In this document: one piece after another, positions 63,276 to 64,000 of the stretch
How positions within the stretch are numbered: the stretch's first letter is position 1
Layout: each line of letters opens with the position of its first letter
NCBI GenBank assembly: GCA_038255465.1
Contig: JBBSLJ010000002.1
Coordinates: 302-64,301 of the forward strand
Length of the DNA: 64,000 bases
From: Candidatus Saccharimonadales bacterium
Lineage (GTDB): Bacteria; Patescibacteriota; Saccharimonadia; Saccharimonadales; JACDFO01
Reading direction: 5' to 3'
The notes under the pieces: generated by a model
Seen by the model: the letters and a program-made list of their open reading frames with translations, nothing else
Databases searched by the model: none
Told to the model about the DNA's origin: nothing
Position numbers and translations under genes: made by a program

Positions 63276-64000
63276 CTACAGCAACGGCTCTTGCTTGTTA
63301 CTGGTATTCTTCTTACCGAGATGCTGATACGCCTTATGGGTCACTCTCCGACCACGTGGCGTACGCTCAAGCAAGCCAATCTGCATAAGATAAGGCTCGT
63401 AAAAATCCTCTATTGTTCCACGCTCTTCAGAGGTTAGTGCGGCCACCGTTTCAACTCCCACTGGTCCGCCTTCATAATTATCAATAATTGCCAGCAGCAG
63501 CATGCGATCTGCTGGATCCAAACCTAAATTATCGATCTCAAGTAGGCCAAGAGCTTTTTCCGACAACTCCAAATCAATAAAACCATCTCCGTTTACGTCA
63601 GCGTAATCACGCACCCGCTTAAGCAAACGGTTGGCAATTCGGGGAGTGAGCCTCGCTCTAGTTGCCAATGTTTCGGCGGCTGCCTTATCGATTTTAATAC
63701 CTAATATTTGCGCGGCACGTTGAATGATCTGCTGGATTTCATCATGACTATAAAATTCTAAGCGGTGAAGCATACCGAACCGATCGCGAAGTGGCGCGGC
63801 CAATGAACCGGTACGGGTAGTAGCGCCAATAATCGTAAACTTAGGCAAATCAAGTCGGAGTGACCTGGCGCTCGGGCCTTTGCCAAGCATAATATCTAGC
63901 TTGAAGTCTTCCATGGCACTATAAAGCACTTCTTCTACGGTTCGATGCAAACGGTGAATCTCATCAATAAATAATATGTCGCCGTCTTGTAGATTAGTAA
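63276..64000 (-). CDS. ruvB: Holliday junction branch migration helicase RuvB, N-terminal part outside the window
   Basis: [22 protein letters not shown] (sensor/arginine finger) and the winged-helix C-terminus match RuvB. The frame continues past the track start ([14 protein letters not shown] Walker B) to the window edge. Confidence 0.9.
   Translation of the reverse strand, partial: TNLQDGDILFIDEIHRLHRTVEEVLYSAMEDFKLDIMLGKGPSARSLRLDLPKFTIIGATTRTGSLAAPLRDRFGMLHRLEFYSHDEIQQIIQRAAQILGIKIDKAAAETLATRARLTPRIANRLLKRVRDYADVNGDGFIDLELSEKALGLLEIDNLGLDPADRMLLLAIIDNYEGGPVGVETVAALTSEERGTIEDFYEPYLMQIGLLERTPRGRRVTHKAYQHLGKKNTSNKQEPLL

Noticed and set aside
1-64000. CRISPR arrays, rRNA operons, transposase/IS elements and reverse transcriptases (retron/DGR).
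   Set aside because: I saw no regularly spaced direct repeats with unique spacers, no rRNA-like conserved blocks, no DDE/IS terminal inverted repeats and no RT motifs (YxDD) in any listed ORF.

Overview
This 64-kb chromosomal segment has the gene content of a reduced-genome, Gram-positive-type bacterium. It looks most like Patescibacteria/CPR, plausibly Saccharibacteria, but that is an inference from gene content only.

Backbone genes:
- Peptidoglycan: murA, murB, mraY and an M23 peptidase.
- Housekeeping: glyA, proB, a folC-like ligase, rny, ymdB, tsaB/tsaE, recA/recX and ruvB.
- Queuosine precursor salvage: yhhQ-queF.
- Signalling: three cytoplasmic PAS histidine kinases and two single-domain response regulators.
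- Surface: two sortase loci with candidate substrates.
- A complete secretin-less type IV pilus cluster: pilB, pilC, a major pilin, three minor pilins and pilMNO.
- Seven tRNA genes (Lys-CTT, Arg-TCG, Arg-CCG, His-GTG, Arg-TCT, Gly-TCC, Pro-TGG), all with an encoded CCA end.

Accessory or unusual content:
1. A roughly 6-kb island abuts tRNA-Arg(CCG). It carries a large serine recombinase whose 3' end is antisense to the tRNA 3' end, a truncated second recombinase, a repeat-rich intergenic region, an unannotated HTH ORF with a non-canonical start, and uncharacterised membrane cargo.
2. tRNA-derived scars surround three tRNA loci. There is a series of tRNA-Lys 3'-end copies, a tRNA-Pro 3'-half copy with a T-loop insertion of the same architecture, and a tRNA-Arg-like 5' half fused to an HNH endonuclease ORF.
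3. A stand-alone 55-aa ORF has its own promoter and terminator. It consists almost entirely of an LANTG sortase sorting signal and lies divergent from a sortase.
4. A GC-rich structured RNA candidate of about 210 nt has a near-consensus promoter.
5. Several domain fusions or relics are present: HTH-MurA, a lipid kinase fused to a CX5R phosphatase, a motif-dead P-type ATPase, and a pilin head domain on a non-pilin anchor.

No rRNA genes or CRISPR arrays were seen. Coordinates that I derived by hand (RNAs, promoters, terminators, small ORFs) may be off by 1-2 nt.
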